DNA of 63,958 nt, filler included, from Vicugna vicugna (GCA_013265495.1; 82 parts of 79 records of this genome joined end to end with filler, not necessarily neighbours in it), one strand, 5' to 3'; shown: positions 12,666 to 25,881, counted from the first letter of the whole stretch. Translations and numbers: made by a program. The notes: a model not told the origin generated them from the sequence alone.

Positions 12666-13699
12666 NNNNNNNNNNNNNNNNNNNNNNNNNNNNNNNNNNN
12701 NNNNNNNNNTTAATTAATTAANNNNNNNNNNNNNNNNNNNNNNNNNNNNNNNNNNNNNNNNNNNNTGTCTAGTCCAAGGGATTAGAACATCTGCTTAAGT
12801 CAAGCTCTCAGTGGGAACAGATATACAGATATTTCTGTATAGTTTACTTTTCCATTAAACCCCATGATACATTGGTCACATATTCATTACTATATGGTTT
12901 CTTCTTTAAAAGGCAAAGCCATTCATTCTTCCTTCTGAACACTTGAAGCCATGGCTAGATGGAGTCATTTAAAGTCTCCAGTGGAGATGAGTTAACATCC
13001 TCGCAGAGATACAGAGACTGTGGTGCATAAGAACACAGAGGGGGAGACAGTACTGAAAGAGTTTCTTCTGCTTCTCTGGTCCTTATGTCAACTTAGAGAC
13101 CTTAATCTAGTATCTAAAATCCAAACAATCTATTATGTCAGAGGTTTGGAGTAATNNNNNNNNNNNNNNNNNNNNNNNNNNNNNNNNNNNNNNNNNNNNT
13201 TAATTAATTAANNNNNNNNNNNNNNNNNNNNNNNNNNNNNNNNNNNNNNNNNNNNCCCAGGCCCAGGGCTCACAGAGCTATTTCAGAATTTATGGGCTGA
13301 GGGTGAAAGCTGTGGAAACCAGTATCTGCTCCTCATCACAGGGACAGAGATGCAGTGGCCTGGTGCCACATCACACCTACAGAGAAAGACCCCCCAGGGC
13401 AGGACAGGAAGTGGCCAAGGCCACCTTCCTCCTCGGGAGTCATCCCCTGGACANNNNNNNNNNNNNNNNNNNNNNNNNNNNNNNNNNNNNNNNNNNNNNN
13501 NNNNNNNNNNNNNNNNNNNNNNNNNNNNNNNNNNNNNNNNNNNNNNNNNNNNNNNNNNNNNNNNNNNNNNNNNNNNNNNNNNNNNNNNNNNNNNNNNNNN
13601 NNNNNNNNNNAGGCTCCCATTGTCCCTGGGAACAGTTTGAGCTTCTCAGCCTGATAGCTCAAGGCCCCTCACTTGCCCCCCACAACTTTTTTATCTTCC

Positions 13700-13860
13700 G
13701 ACACTCCCACCTCCAGTGGCATGAACTTAACATTCTTGGTGTGTTTGCAGTCCTCCCTCTGCCTGGAATGTTCTTCCCCACCCTGTCTAACTGATAAGCA
13801 CTGAGTCATCCTTTGAGACTATCGCCCTCCTTGTGAAGACTTCCCTGACCAGCTCCAGCC
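13700..13860. mobile_element. L2-like LINE remnant
   Basis: ccctctgcctggaatgttcttcccc...gaagacttccctgacc, typical of the L2 3' region. Confidence 0.55.
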
Positions 13861-14211
13861 AGGTTGCAGGTAGAAGGCTTGACTGCGGTAACAGACAATG
13901 TACGGTTCTGACCACAAATCTATTCTGCCTTTTGTTTCTTACCAAGAGGATCCTGATTTTTTTCCCTAGTCAACCCTCAGCAAAGTTACCCTTGCTGAGC
14001 TCAGGGATAAACTGGGAAGAGGCCGCGCCCAGCATGCTAGCCCATCCCCCTGGCAGCCAGAAACTGACACTGGTGGGCGTGTCCTGGTTCTGGCCATTGC
14101 CCACGTGCCCCNNNNNNNNNNNNNNNNNNNNNNNNNNNNNNNNNNNNNNNNNNNNTTAATTAATTAANNNNNNNNNNNNNNNNNNNNNNNNNNNNNNNNN
14201 NNNNNNNNNNN

Positions 14212-14943
14212 TTAAACCAACGGTCGGCAGCGCGTGTGTTCTAACGGAATGCCAAACCTGGCCTCCCTAGAGGGTTTTCCTAATGTTTCTGTGCTTGGGA
14301 ATGCTAGGGGTGTTTGCAGGATATCCCAGTGACAGAGGCTGCCTCTCCAATGTCAGGGAAGGTATTTCTCGGACTTCCCCGAACAGGGAACACCTGTGAC
14401 TGAAGAGAGCTGCGTGGAGTTNNNNNNNNNNNNNNNNNNNNNNNNNNNNNNNNNNNNNNNNNNNNNNNNNNNNNNNNNNNNNNNNNNNNNNNNNNNNNNN
14501 NNNNNNNNNNNNNNNNNNNNNNNNNNNNNNNNNNNNNNNNNNNNNNNNNNNNNNNNNNNNNNNNNNNNNNNNNNGATATCCCACTGACAGCGGCTGCCTC
14601 CCCAAGGTCAGGGAAGTTATTCCTCGGACTTCCCCGAACAGGGAACACCTGTGAATGATGAGAGCTTCGTGGACTTGTCTTTCGAGCTCCCCCACGTACT
14701 GACAGTGGTTCAGGTATCCTGAGCGTGGGGAGGTTCCACCAACGGTCGGCAACGCGTGGGTTCTAACGGAAAGCCAAGCTCGTCTCCCCTGAGGTTTTTC
14801 CTAATGTCTCTTTGCCAGGGAATGCTAGGGGATTTTGCAGGATATCCCAGTGACAGAGGCTGCCTCCCCAATGTCAGGGAAGGTATTTCTCTGAATTTCC
14901 CGAATAGGGAATACCTGTGACTGACGAGAGCTGCGTGGAGTTG
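14212..14943 (-). repeat. SatA 267-bp satellite
   Basis: Reverse-complement SatA monomers. Confidence 0.93.
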
Positions 14944-15043
14944 NNNNNNNNNNNNNNNNNNNNNNNNNNNNNNNNNNNNNNNNNNNNTTAATTAATTAAN
15001 NNNNNNNNNNNNNNNNNNNNNNNNNNNNNNNNNNNNNNNNNNN

Positions 15044-16403
15044 GCTAGGGGTGATTGCAGGATATCCCAGTGTCAGAAGCTGCCTCACAAAAGTCATTAA
15101 AGTTACTTCTTGGATTTCCCCGAACAGGGAGCAAATGTGACTGAAGAGAGCTGCGTGGAGTTGTCTCTCGAGCTCCCCCACGCACTGACACTGGTTCCGG
15201 AATCATGAGCGTGGGGAGGTTCCACCAACGGTCGGCAGCGCGTGGGTTCTAACGGAAAGCCTAAGCTCGTCTCCCCTGAGGGTTTTCCTAATGTCTCTGT
15301 GCCAGGGNNNNNNNNNNNNNNNNNNNNNNNNNNNNNNNNNNNNNNNNNNNNNNNNNNNNNNNNNNNNNNNNNNNNNNNNNNNNNNNNNNNNNNNNNNNNN
15401 NNNNNNNNNNNNNNNNNNNNNNNNNNNNNNNNNNNNNNNNNNNNNNNNNNNNNNNNNNNNNNNNNNNNNNNNNNNNNNNNNNNNNNNNNNNNNNNNNNNN
15501 NNNNNNNNNNNNNNNNNNNNNNNNNNNNNNNNNNNNNNNNNNNNNNNNNNNNNNNNNNNNNNNNNNNNNNNNNNNNNNNNNNNNNNNNNNNNNNNNNNNN
15601 NNNNNNNNNNNNNNNNNNNNNNNNNNNNNNNNNNNNNNNNNNNNNNNNNNNNNNNNNNNNNNNNNNNNNNNNNNNNNNNNNNNNNNNNNNNNNNNNNNNN
15701 NNNNNNNNNNNNNNNNNNNNNNNNNNNNNNNNNNNNNNNNNNNNNNNNNNNNNNNNNNNNNNNNNNNNNNNNNNNNNNNNNNNNNNNNNNNNNNNNNNNN
15801 NNNNNNNNNNNNNNNNNNNNNNNNNNNNNNNNNNNNNNNNNNNNNNNNNNNNNNNNNNNNNNNNNNNNNNNNNNNNNNNNNNNNNNNNNNNNNNNNNNNN
15901 NNNNNNNNNNNNNNNNNNNNNNNNNNNNNNNNNNNNNNNNNNNNNNNNNNNNNNNNNNNNNNNNNNNNNNNNNNNNNNNNNNNNNNNNNNNNNNNNNNNN
16001 NNNNNNNNNNNNNNNNNNNNNNNNNNNNNNNNNNNNNNNNNNNNNNNNNNNNNNNNNNNNNNNNNNNNNNNNNNNNNNNNNNNNNNNNNNNNNNNNNNNN
16101 NNNNNNNNNNNNNNNNNNNNNNNNNNNNNNNNNNNNNNNNNNNNNNNNNNNNNNNNNNNNNNNNNNNNNNNNNNNNNNNNNNNNNNNNNNNNNNNNNNNN
16201 NNNNNNNNNNNNNNNNNNNNNNNNNNNNNNNNNNNNNNNNNNNNNNNNTTCCGGAATCATGAGCGTGGGGAGGTTCCACCAACGGTCGGCAGCGCGTGGG
16301 TTCTAACGGAATGCCTAAGCTCGTCTCCCCTGAAGGTTTTCCTAGTGTCTCTGTGCGTAGGAATGCTAGGGGGGTTGCAGGATATCCCAGAGACAGAGGC
16401 TGC
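15044..16403 (-). repeat. SatA 267-bp satellite (gapped)
   Basis: SatA on both sides of the N gap. Confidence 0.92.
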
Positions 16404-16504
16404 CNNNNNNNNNNNNNNNNNNNNNNNNNNNNNNNNNNNNNNNNNNNNTTAATTAATTAANNNNNNNNNNNNNNNNNNNNNNNNNNNNNNNNNNNNNNNN
16501 NNNN

Positions 16505-18117
16505 AGTTTCAAGAATCACACTTTGATCCAAGAAAAACCCTCTTGGAGCAAATTCTACCCTTGAAATATGTAATTTGAATAGATTCCATCTACATGATAT
16601 TCCGTGTTCATTACATGCTACATACATGACAGATTTGACAAACATGCATTCTTGAGTTGAGAGCATGTGGATTACTAACCTTTCATCCTCTATNNNNNNN
16701 NNNNNNNNNNNNNNNNNNNNNNNNNNNNNNNNNNNNNNNNNNNNNNNNNNNNNNNNNNNNNNNNNNNNNNNNNNNNNNNNNNNNNNNNNNNNNNNNNNNN
16801 NNNNNNNNNNNNNNNNNNNNNNNNNNNNNNNNNNNNNNNNNNNNNNNNNNNNNNNNNNNNNNNNNNNNNNNNNNNNNNNNNNNNNNNNNNNNNNNNNNNN
16901 NNNNNNNNNNNNNNNNNNNNNNNNNNNNNNNNNNNNNNNNNNNNNNNNNNNNNNNNNNNNNNNNNNNNNNNNNNNNNNNNNNNNNNNNNNNNNNNNNNNN
17001 NNNNNNNNNNNNNNNNNNNNNNNNNNNNNNNNNNNNNNNNNNNNNNNNNNNNNNNNNNNNNNNNNNNNNNNNNNNNNNNNNNNNNNNNNNNNNNNNNNNN
17101 NNNNNNNNNNNNNNNNNNNNNNNNNNNNNNNNNNNNNNNNNNNNNNNNNNNNNNNNNNNNNNNNNNNNNNNNNNNNNNNNNNNNNNNNNNNNNNNNNNNN
17201 NNNNNNNNNNNNNNNNNNNNNNNNNNNNNNNNNNNNNNNNNNNNNNNNNNNNNNNNNNNNNNNNNNNNNNNNNNNNNNNNNNNNNNNNNNNNNNNNNNNN
17301 NNNNNNNNNNNNNNNNNNNNNNNNNNNNNNNNNAGCGAATTCTTCCTTAGAGATATGTAATTTGATTACATTACATCTACATAATATTTCATGTTCCGTA
17401 CATGCTACATACATGACGGATTCGACAAACATGAATTCCTGAGTTGAGGGCATGTGGATTACTAATCTTTCATCCTCTATAAAAGGAATATTATCATCTA
17501 AACTCGTGTAGACATTTTCACAAGCTTTCCCTAAAAACAGGTTCGAATTCGTGTTTTTCACAGAAAAATATTTCTGGAGCGATTTCAACCTAACAGGTAT
17601 GTAATTTACATGAATTGCAACAACATGGCATTCCGGGTTCCGTACATGCTACATGTATGACGGATTTGGCAATCATGCGTTTCTGACTTGTGAGCATGTG
17701 GATTAATGACCTTTCATCCTCCGAAAANNNNNNNNNNNNNNNNNNNNNNNNNNNNNNNNNNNNNNNNNNNNNNNNNNNNNNNNNNNNNNNNNNNNNNNNN
17801 NNNNNNNNNNNNNNNNNNNNNNNNNNNNNNNNNNNNNNNNNNNNNNNNNNNNNNNNNNNNNNNNNNNNNNNNNNNNNNNNNNNNNNNNNNNNNNNNNNNN
17901 NNNNNNNNNNNNNNNNNNNNNNNNNNNNNNNNNNNNNNNNNNNNNNNNNNNNNNNNNNNNNNNNNNNNNNNNNNNNNNNNNNNNNNNNNNNNNNNNNNNC
18001 TATGCACTCTATAAACTTTGACTTCGTAGTTTCTTGCTATCTCCAGTTTCAAGAATCAAACTTTGATCCCAGAAAACACTCTTGGGGCGAATTCTAACCT
18101 AGAGATATGTAATTTGA
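16505..18117 (-). repeat. SatB satellite (gapped)
   Basis: Matches the 5914-7080 contig. Confidence 0.9.
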
Positions 18118-18217
18118 NNNNNNNNNNNNNNNNNNNNNNNNNNNNNNNNNNNNNNNNNNNNTTAATTAATTAANNNNNNNNNNNNNNNNNNNNNNNNNNN
18201 NNNNNNNNNNNNNNNNN

Positions 18218-18973
18218 TTCCCTTCAAGATATTTGAAGGACGGCTTTCACACACACTTATCTATTATAACTGAGCATTTGGTGAGACGTTCGTTCATCCA
18301 GCAAAAAGGGAACGGATTCAAGGAGAAACATTTACTCTGGTTTTTCAGTCTGCTTCCTAGTGCCGGTTTGAAGTTCCTAAGGTTTGCACTGTAAAACCGA
18401 GTTGGAGATTGTTCCCCCCATATATATGTTTGGAGTGGGGTTTGTAACTGACAAGAAACTTTGTGTTCCCTTCAAGCTAGCTGAAGGACGGCTTTCAAAC
18501 TCACTCATCTCTCAGAACTGAGCATGTGGAGAAACGTTCGTTCATCCAGCACAAAGGGAACGATTTGCAGGAGAATCCCTTACTCTGGTTTCTCAGTCTG
18601 TTTCCTAGTGCCGGTTTGAAGTGCCTGCCGATTTCACTGTAAAACCGTGTTGGAGCTTGTACCTCCCCATATATATGTATGGAGTGGAGTTTGCAACTGA
18701 AAAGAAAATTTGTGTTCCCTTCAAGCAAGGTGAAGGAGGGCTTTCACACACACTTATCTCTCAGAAATGAGCATGTGGAGAGACGTTCGTTCATCCAGCA
18801 CAAAGGGAACGGGTTGCAGGAGAAACCCTTACTCTGGTTTCTCAGTCTGCTTGCTAGTGCCGGTTTGAAGTTCCTGCGGTTAATTGTTCCTCCCCATATA
18901 TACTAATGGAGTGGAGTTTGCAAATGACAAGAAACCTTGTGTTCCCTTCAAGCTAGTTGAAGGACGGCTTTCA
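18218..18973 (-). repeat. SatC ~248-bp satellite
   Basis: ttcccttcaag at 18218, 18466, 18715 and 18942 gives periods of 248, 249 and 227 (one deleted monomer). Confidence 0.93.
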
Positions 18974-19073
18974 NNNNNNNNNNNNNNNNNNNNNNNNNNN
19001 NNNNNNNNNNNNNNNNNTTAATTAATTAANNNNNNNNNNNNNNNNNNNNNNNNNNNNNNNNNNNNNNNNNNNN

Positions 19074-19869
19074 TATCCCAGTGCCCGAGGCTGCCTCCCC
19101 AAAGTCAGGGAATTTATTTCTCGGACATCCTTGAAAAGGAAACTCCTGTGAGTGAAGAGAGCTGCGTGGAGCTCTCTCTCGAGCTCCCCCACTCAACGAC
19201 AATTGTTCTGGCATCCTGAGCGTGGGGAGGTTCCACCAACGGTCGGCAGCGTGTGGGTTCAATTGGAATGCCTGTGCTCGTCTCCCCTGAGTGTTTTCCT
19301 CATGTCTGTGTGCCAGGGAATGCTAGGGGGGGTTGCAGGAAATCCCAGTGAAAGAGGCTGCCTCCCGAAGGTAAGGGAATGTATTTCTCGGACATCCCCG
19401 AGCAGGAAAAACCTGTGACTGAAGAGAACTGCTTGGAGCTGTCTCAAGAGCTCCCCTAATCAATGACAATTGTTTCGGATTCCTGAGCGTGGGGAGGTTC
19501 CACCAACGGTCGGCAGCGCGTTGGTTTAAGGGAATGCTTGTGCTCGTCTCCCCTGAGTGTTTTCCTCATATCTGTGTGCCAGGGAATGCTAGGGGGGGTT
19601 GGAGGAAATCCCAGTGTCAGAGGCTGCCTCCCTCAATTCAGGGAAGGTATTTCTCAGACTTCCCCGAGCAGGGAACACCTGTGACTTAAGAGAGCTGCGT
19701 GGAGTTGTCTCTCGATCTCCCCCACTCAATAACAATGGTTCCGAAATCCTGAGCGGTGGGAGGTTCCACCAACGGTCGGCAGCGCGTGGGTTCTATTGGA
19801 ATGCCTGTGCTCGTCTCCCCTATTGAATGCTAGGGGTGGTTGCAGGAAATCCCAGTGACAGAGGCTTCT
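19074..19869 (-). repeat. SatA 267-bp satellite, variant subfamily
   Basis: Three monomers share diagnostic changes (ggaaatccc, tgtgctcgtc, actcaa); the third has an internal deletion near 19820. Confidence 0.9.
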
Positions 19870-20900
19870 NNNNNNNNNNNNNNNNNNNNNNNNNNNNNNN
19901 NNNNNNNNNNNNNTTAATTAATTAANNNNNNNNNNNNNNNNNNNNNNNNNNNNNNNNNNNNNNNNNNNNTTCCTGAGTCACCCACCCCACTGATTCTGAA
20001 CTCATAAAGTGCTGAGGTTGCAGTCACTACGTGCATACATCCCAGTTTTGGTTAAGTTTCCATCGCAAGATCTTCATTAAGGAGCTGCATCAAGAAGTTT
20101 AAAGAGGCTATTCTTACATCTGAGTGGAGGAGCCTGCAAAAAATTTACATGGCTTTGAAGAGAGAGTTAACCAGGGACAGAGAAGTCACGGGTCCTAGTC
20201 AAAAGTTTCATGAGGCAAAATGTTCTCCCAAGGCTCAGAGTGGCTTCTGAACATNNNNNNNNNNNNNNNNNNNNNNNNNNNNNNNNNNNNNNNNNNNNNN
20301 NNNNNNNNNNNNNNNNNNNNNNNNNNNNNNNNNNNNNNNNNNNNNNNNNNNNNNNNNNNNNNNNNNNNNNNNNNNNNNNNNNNNNNNNNNNNNNNNNNNN
20401 NNNNNNNNNNNNNNNNNNNNNNNNNNNNNNNNNNNNNNNNNNNNNNNNNNNNNNNNNNNNNNNNNNNNNNNNNNNNNNNNNNNNNNNNNNNNNNNNNNNN
20501 NNNNNNNNNNNNNNNNNNNNNNNNNNNNNNNNNNNNNNNNNNNNNNNNNNNNNNNNNNNNNNNNNNNNNNNNNNNNNNNNNNNNNNNNNNNNNNNNNNNN
20601 NNNNNNNNNNNNNNNNNNNNNNNNNNNNNNNNNNNNNNNNNNNNNNNNNNNNNNNNNNNNNNNNNNNNNNNNNNNNNNNNNNNNNTGTCCACCTGACGCG
20701 CCCTGCCTTCCTGCTTTGGTGCAGCAGCAGAGTTTGTTAAGCTGAGGTGAACGCCCCCACAGCAGCCCGACGGGAAAGCTCCCAGCTCTGCACGGCGAGA
20801 NNNNNNNNNNNNNNNNNNNNNNNNNNNNNNNNNNNNNNNNNNNNTTAATTAATTAANNNNNNNNNNNNNNNNNNNNNNNNNNNNNNNNNNNNNNNNNNNN

Positions 20901-22093
20901 CAGTTCCCTTTGTGCTGGATGAACGACCATCTCTCCACATGCTCACTTCTGAGATATATGTGTGTGTTAAAGCCGTCCTTCACCTAACTTGAAGGGAACA
21001 CAAAGTTTCTATTCAGTTGCAAACTCCAGTCCTTAAATATATATAGGGAGGGATAAACTCCAACTCGGTTTTACAGTGCAAACCGCAGGAACTTCAAAAC
21101 GGCACTAGGAAACAAACTGCGAAACCAGAGTATGTGTTTCTCCTGCAACCCGTTCCCTTGGTGCTGGATGAAAGAACGTCTTTCCACACGCTCAGATCTG
21201 AGAGATAACTGTGTGTGAAAGCCGTCCTAGCTTGAAGGGAACACAAAGTTTCTATTCAGTTGCAAACTCCACTCCTTACATATATTTGGGGAGGAAAAAG
21301 CTCCAACTCGGGTTTACACTGCAAACCGCAGGAACTACAAACCGACACTAGGAAACATACTGAGAAACCAGAGTAAGTGTTTCACCTGCAACCCTTTCCC
21401 TTTGTGCTGGATGAACGAACGTCTCTCCACATGCTCAGTTCTGAGAGATAATTGTGTGTGAATGCCGTCCTNNNNNNNNNNNNNNNNNNNNNNNNNNNNN
21501 NNNNNNNNNNNNNNNNNNNNNNNNNNNNNNNNNNNNNNNNNNNNNNNNNNNNNNNNNNNNNNNNNNNNNNNNNNNNNNNNNNNNNNNNNNNNNNNNNNNN
21601 NNNNNNNNNNNNNNNNNNNNNNNNNNNNNNNNNNNNNNNNNNNNNNNNNNNNNNNNNNNNNNNNNNNNNNNNNNNNNNNNNNNNNNNNNNNNNNNNNNNN
21701 NNNNNNNNNNNNNNNNNNNNNNNNNNNNNNNNNNNNNNNNNNNNNNNNNNNNNNNNNNNNNNNNNNNNNNNNNNNNNNNNNNNNNNNNNNNNNNNNNNNN
21801 NNNNNNNNNNNNNNNNNNNNNNNNNNNNNNNNNNNNCCAGAGTAATTGTTTCTCCTACAACCCGTTCCCTTTGTGCTGGATGAACGAACGTCTCTCCACA
21901 TGCTCCGTTCTGAGAGATAAGTGTGTGTGAAAGCCGTCCTTCACCTTGCTTGAAGGGAACACAAAGTTTCTTTTCAGTTGCAAACTTCACACCATATATA
22001 TATATGGGGAGGTAAAAGCTCCAACTCGCTTTTACAGTGCAAACCGCCGAAACTTCAAACCGGCAGTAGGAAACAGTTTGAGAAACCAGAGTA
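20901..22093 (+). repeat. SatC ~248-bp satellite
   Basis: Reverse complement of the 18218 array; ggatgaacgaacgtctctccacatgctc repeats. Confidence 0.92.
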
Positions 22094-22193
22094 NNNNNNN
22101 NNNNNNNNNNNNNNNNNNNNNNNNNNNNNNNNNNNNNTTAATTAATTAANNNNNNNNNNNNNNNNNNNNNNNNNNNNNNNNNNNNNNNNNNNN

Positions 22194-23012
22194 CTCTCTC
22201 CAGTCACAGGTGTTCCCTTTTCGGGGAAGTCCGGGAAAACCCTTCCCTGATCTTGGGGAGGCAGCCTCGGTCCCTGGGATATCCTGCAATCACCCCTAGC
22301 ATTCCCTGGCACAGAGACATTAGGAAAACCCTCAGGGGAGACGAGCTTAGGCATTCCGTTTGAACCCANNNNNNNNNNNNNNNNNNNNNNNNNNNNNNNN
22401 NNNNNNNNNNNNNNNNNNNNNNNNNNNNNNNNNNNNNNNNNNNNNNNNNNNNNNNNNNNNNNNNNNNNNNNNNNNNNNNNNNNNNNNNNNNNNNNNNNNN
22501 NNNCTGACCTTGGGGAGGCAGCCTCGGTCACTGGGATATCCTGCAATCACCCCTAGCATTCCCTCGCACAGAGATATTAGGAAAACCCTCAGGGGAGACG
22601 AGATTAGGGATTGCATTTGAACCCACGCGCTGCCGATCGTTGGTGGAACCTCCCAACGCTCAGTATTCCGGAAACATTGTCAGTGCGTGGGGGAGCTCGA
22701 GAGACAACTCCACGCAGCTCTCTTCAGTCACAGGTGTTCCCTGTTCGGGGAAGTCCGGGAAATACCTTCCCTGACCTTGGGGAGGCAGCCTCGGTCACTG
22801 GGATATCCTGCAATCACCCCTAGCATTCCCTCGCACAGAGATATTAGGAAAACCCTCAGGGGAGACGAGCTTAGGTATTCCGTTAGAACCCACGCGCTGC
22901 CGACCGTTGGTGGAACCTCCCCACGCTCAGGATTCCGGAACAATTGTCAGTGTGTGGGCTAGCTCGTGAGACAATCCACGCAGCTCTCTTCAGTCACAGG
23001 TGTTCCCTGTTC
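22194..23012 (+). repeat. SatA 267-bp satellite
   Basis: Near-identical adjacent monomers at 22504-23012. Confidence 0.95.
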
Positions 23013-23112
23013 NNNNNNNNNNNNNNNNNNNNNNNNNNNNNNNNNNNNNNNNNNNNTTAATTAATTAANNNNNNNNNNNNNNNNNNNNNNNNNNNNNNNN
23101 NNNNNNNNNNNN

Positions 23113-23502
23113 ACAGAAGAGCAAAAACACCCAAAAGGCAGCAGAAGGAAAGAAACAATAAAGATCTGGGAGGAAATAAATAAAATAGAGATTAAAAAAA
23201 TAAAGAAAATAATCAAACCAAAAGCTAGTTTTTTGAAAGAATAAATTAAATCGACAAACCTCTGGACAAACTCACAAAGAAGAAAAAAGAGAGAACACAA
23301 ATTTGCAAAATAAGAAAGGAAAGGGGAGAAATTACATCAAATAACATAGAAATACTGAATATCTTATGAGAATATCATGAAAAACTACATGGAAAAAAAT
23401 GGATAACCTAGAGGAGATGGACAAGTTTCTGGAAACATACAGACCACCAAGTCTACAAAACATACAGACCACCAAGTCTGAATCAAGAAGAAACTGACCA
23501 CT
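23113..23502 (+). mobile_element. LINE-1 ORF2 linker region fragment
   Basis: aagctagttttttgaaagaataaattaaatcgacaaacctctgg...ggataacctagaggagatggacaagtttctggaaacatac (DNLEEMDKFLETY). Confidence 0.88.
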
Positions 23503-23602
23503 NNNNNNNNNNNNNNNNNNNNNNNNNNNNNNNNNNNNNNNNNNNNTTAATTAATTAANNNNNNNNNNNNNNNNNNNNNNNNNNNNNNNNNNNNNNNNNN
23601 NN

Positions 23603-24470
23603 GAGGTTCTCTTGTGACCATGTTGTTTCCTCCAGGTGCATTTTAAAACACTGGGACGCTCATGAACTTTGTTGATTTGAATCATACAGCTGCTGGTAGG
23701 TCTATTGGGATTCCAACTCCATTGGACACTGTGTACTTCCTGAATACGAATAGATGATTCTTTCTTGGCTTTCAGAAAGTTTCGGTCTGATTTCCCTACA
23801 GATAACTTTTTAGACATTTTTTGTTTCTTTATCTCTTGCTTTTCCATCTGGGACACTTATGAATCATAGTTTTTCATGCCTTGTCTTACCTGACGATTCA
23901 ATAGCAATGTTTTCATTGGTTTGCACTTGATTTTCTATGTCTGCTTCTAACCGAGGGATTTCTGTTCCCCTGTATTCACAGTCATTCATGCTTCCCTCTG
24001 CATTAACTAGTCTGCATAGAACTGAATTTTAGCCCTGATATTATCACATCCATTGAGTTTTCTGAAATTATTTGGCTCGTCTTTAGACTTTCCCATCCCC
24101 TTTTCTGTTACTCTGTCTTTTGTGATTCTGAGACATTGTTGCTCTTAGTGATTGCCTCACCTCCATTTTCAATACATGATCTGGTAGCGTTTTGCAGTCT
24201 AGATGTTTGAAAGCTTGTCTTTTGGGCCTTCAATCTCTTTGAAACTAAAAATGGAACTTCATGTTTCTTTTACTGTACTTCTTCATCTCTACTGTTCAGA
24301 TAAAATCAGTAGACTTCTTTTGTAAAGGGAAAATTTTAGACCCTCGTCTCTACACAATTCCTTGGGATTACTGTGATGACAGTTTCTACTAGACATTGAT
24401 GCCATGTCATGTTCCTGTGTGTGTAGTCTGGTATATCTTCAATTGCTGGTGTTGCATTTGTTGTGATGAA
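23603..24470 (-). mobile_element. Degenerate LINE-1 ORF1 remnant
   Basis: The minus-strand translation ...RNFLKAKKESSIRIQEVHSVQWSWNPNRPTSSCMIQINKVHERPSVLK resembles L1 ORF1p (ENFP..KE..IQIQEAQR.P...NP.R.TPRHIIIK..K..DKE.ILK). Confidence 0.65.
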
Positions 24471-25355
24471 NNNNNNNNNNNNNNNNNNNNNNNNNNNNNN
24501 NNNNNNNNNNNNNNTTAATTAATTAANNNNNNNNNNNNNNNNNNNNNNNNNNNNNNNNNNNNNNNNNNNNGAAGAGCTGCTGGACAGTGAGTTTTCTGGG
24601 TGGATTTTCACACCAGCTGATGTGAAAGCTATTACTCAGAGCTTCTTAGTCTGGAGTTGGCGGTGGCCCCGCAATCCTCACCATGCTTTTTAAAAATGTG
24701 TTACTCCCCTCTTTTTCCTAGGTGACATTTTAGGTTATTGGGTCACAGATTACTGGCACACTCATCCCTGTTCTCAAACATCTTTTAAACTTGGGTGAAG
24801 TGATAAGTAGGGGAAGATGANNNNNNNNNNNNNNNNNNNGTAAGGTAAGAATAATTCGCATTAAAGCTACATTCTGTCAATCTTTCTCAAATGATTTTTC
24901 TCTGATTCTAAATCCACGACCTAGTGAATGTTGTACTCCTGTGTAAATCATTGATCTTCACATCACATCACTTGAGTGGTCAACGAGATTTGTTAATTAG
25001 ATTATTCCTGAAAGGAGAAGTTCAGGCTTTTCAGAATTCCTTGTCTGATGTCACCCAGGCAGTCACAGTAGAAGACAGAGCTGATATAAAAATCCCTCAG
25101 CTGCCTGAACTGCAAAGCTTCTGGGATTACTGATCCCTGAAATGCAGGTGACTCTTGATGATAATCTGGGGGATGGTTTAAATGATCAGATTCTTCCAGT
25201 CCTATAAATGGGTTCCGTGGCCCCAGCCCCGGGAGAACTGGACATAAGGGCCATANNNNNNNNNNNNNNNNNNNNNNNNNNNNNNNNNNNNNNNNNNNNT
25301 TAATTAATTAANNNNNNNNNNNNNNNNNNNNNNNNNNNNNNNNNNNNNNNNNNNN

Positions 25356-25781
25356 GTAATAGAAAAGAACAAATCTGACTCCATATTAGATCTGTTCCTT
25401 TGACTTTAACCCTGTGCTCTGTCTCCAAGGCTTCATCTTGATTGTAAAACAATGTTGCCTAGAGCCTAAAATATACAGAAGAGCCTATTCTGAAGGCTTT
25501 GATCTTTAAGGGTATTTAACACTTTTCCAATCATATAAAGATAACAAGTTGCAGAATAGAAAATAACGTTTGTTTTGTTGGAGGTTTACAGGGATCTGAC
25601 CCAGGCAGATAGCTGCAAGAACAAAGGATCCTAACAAGAAGGAATTCCTACACAAAGAAATTTGCAAAAACCAAGCACATAGGAAAGGAGCCTGAATTCT
25701 GACCTAGGGAGATGGTTTCCCAGGACATTAGTTTGTCATCTAGGTCTACAGAAACTATCTATTCCATGCCCCAACAACTGG
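25356..25781 (+). mobile_element. ERV-type LTR fragment (5' part)
   Basis: Begins (t)gtaatagaaaagaacaaatctgactccatattagatctg, an ERV1-like LTR start; family not determined. Confidence 0.55.
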
Positions 25782-25881
25782 NNNNNNNNNNNNNNNNNNN
25801 NNNNNNNNNNNNNNNNNNNNNNNNNTTAATTAATTAANNNNNNNNNNNNNNNNNNNNNNNNNNNNNNNNNNNNNNNNNNNN

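Noticed and set aside
15103..16306. Long 300-385-aa ORFs
   Set aside because: They are read-through of N gaps.
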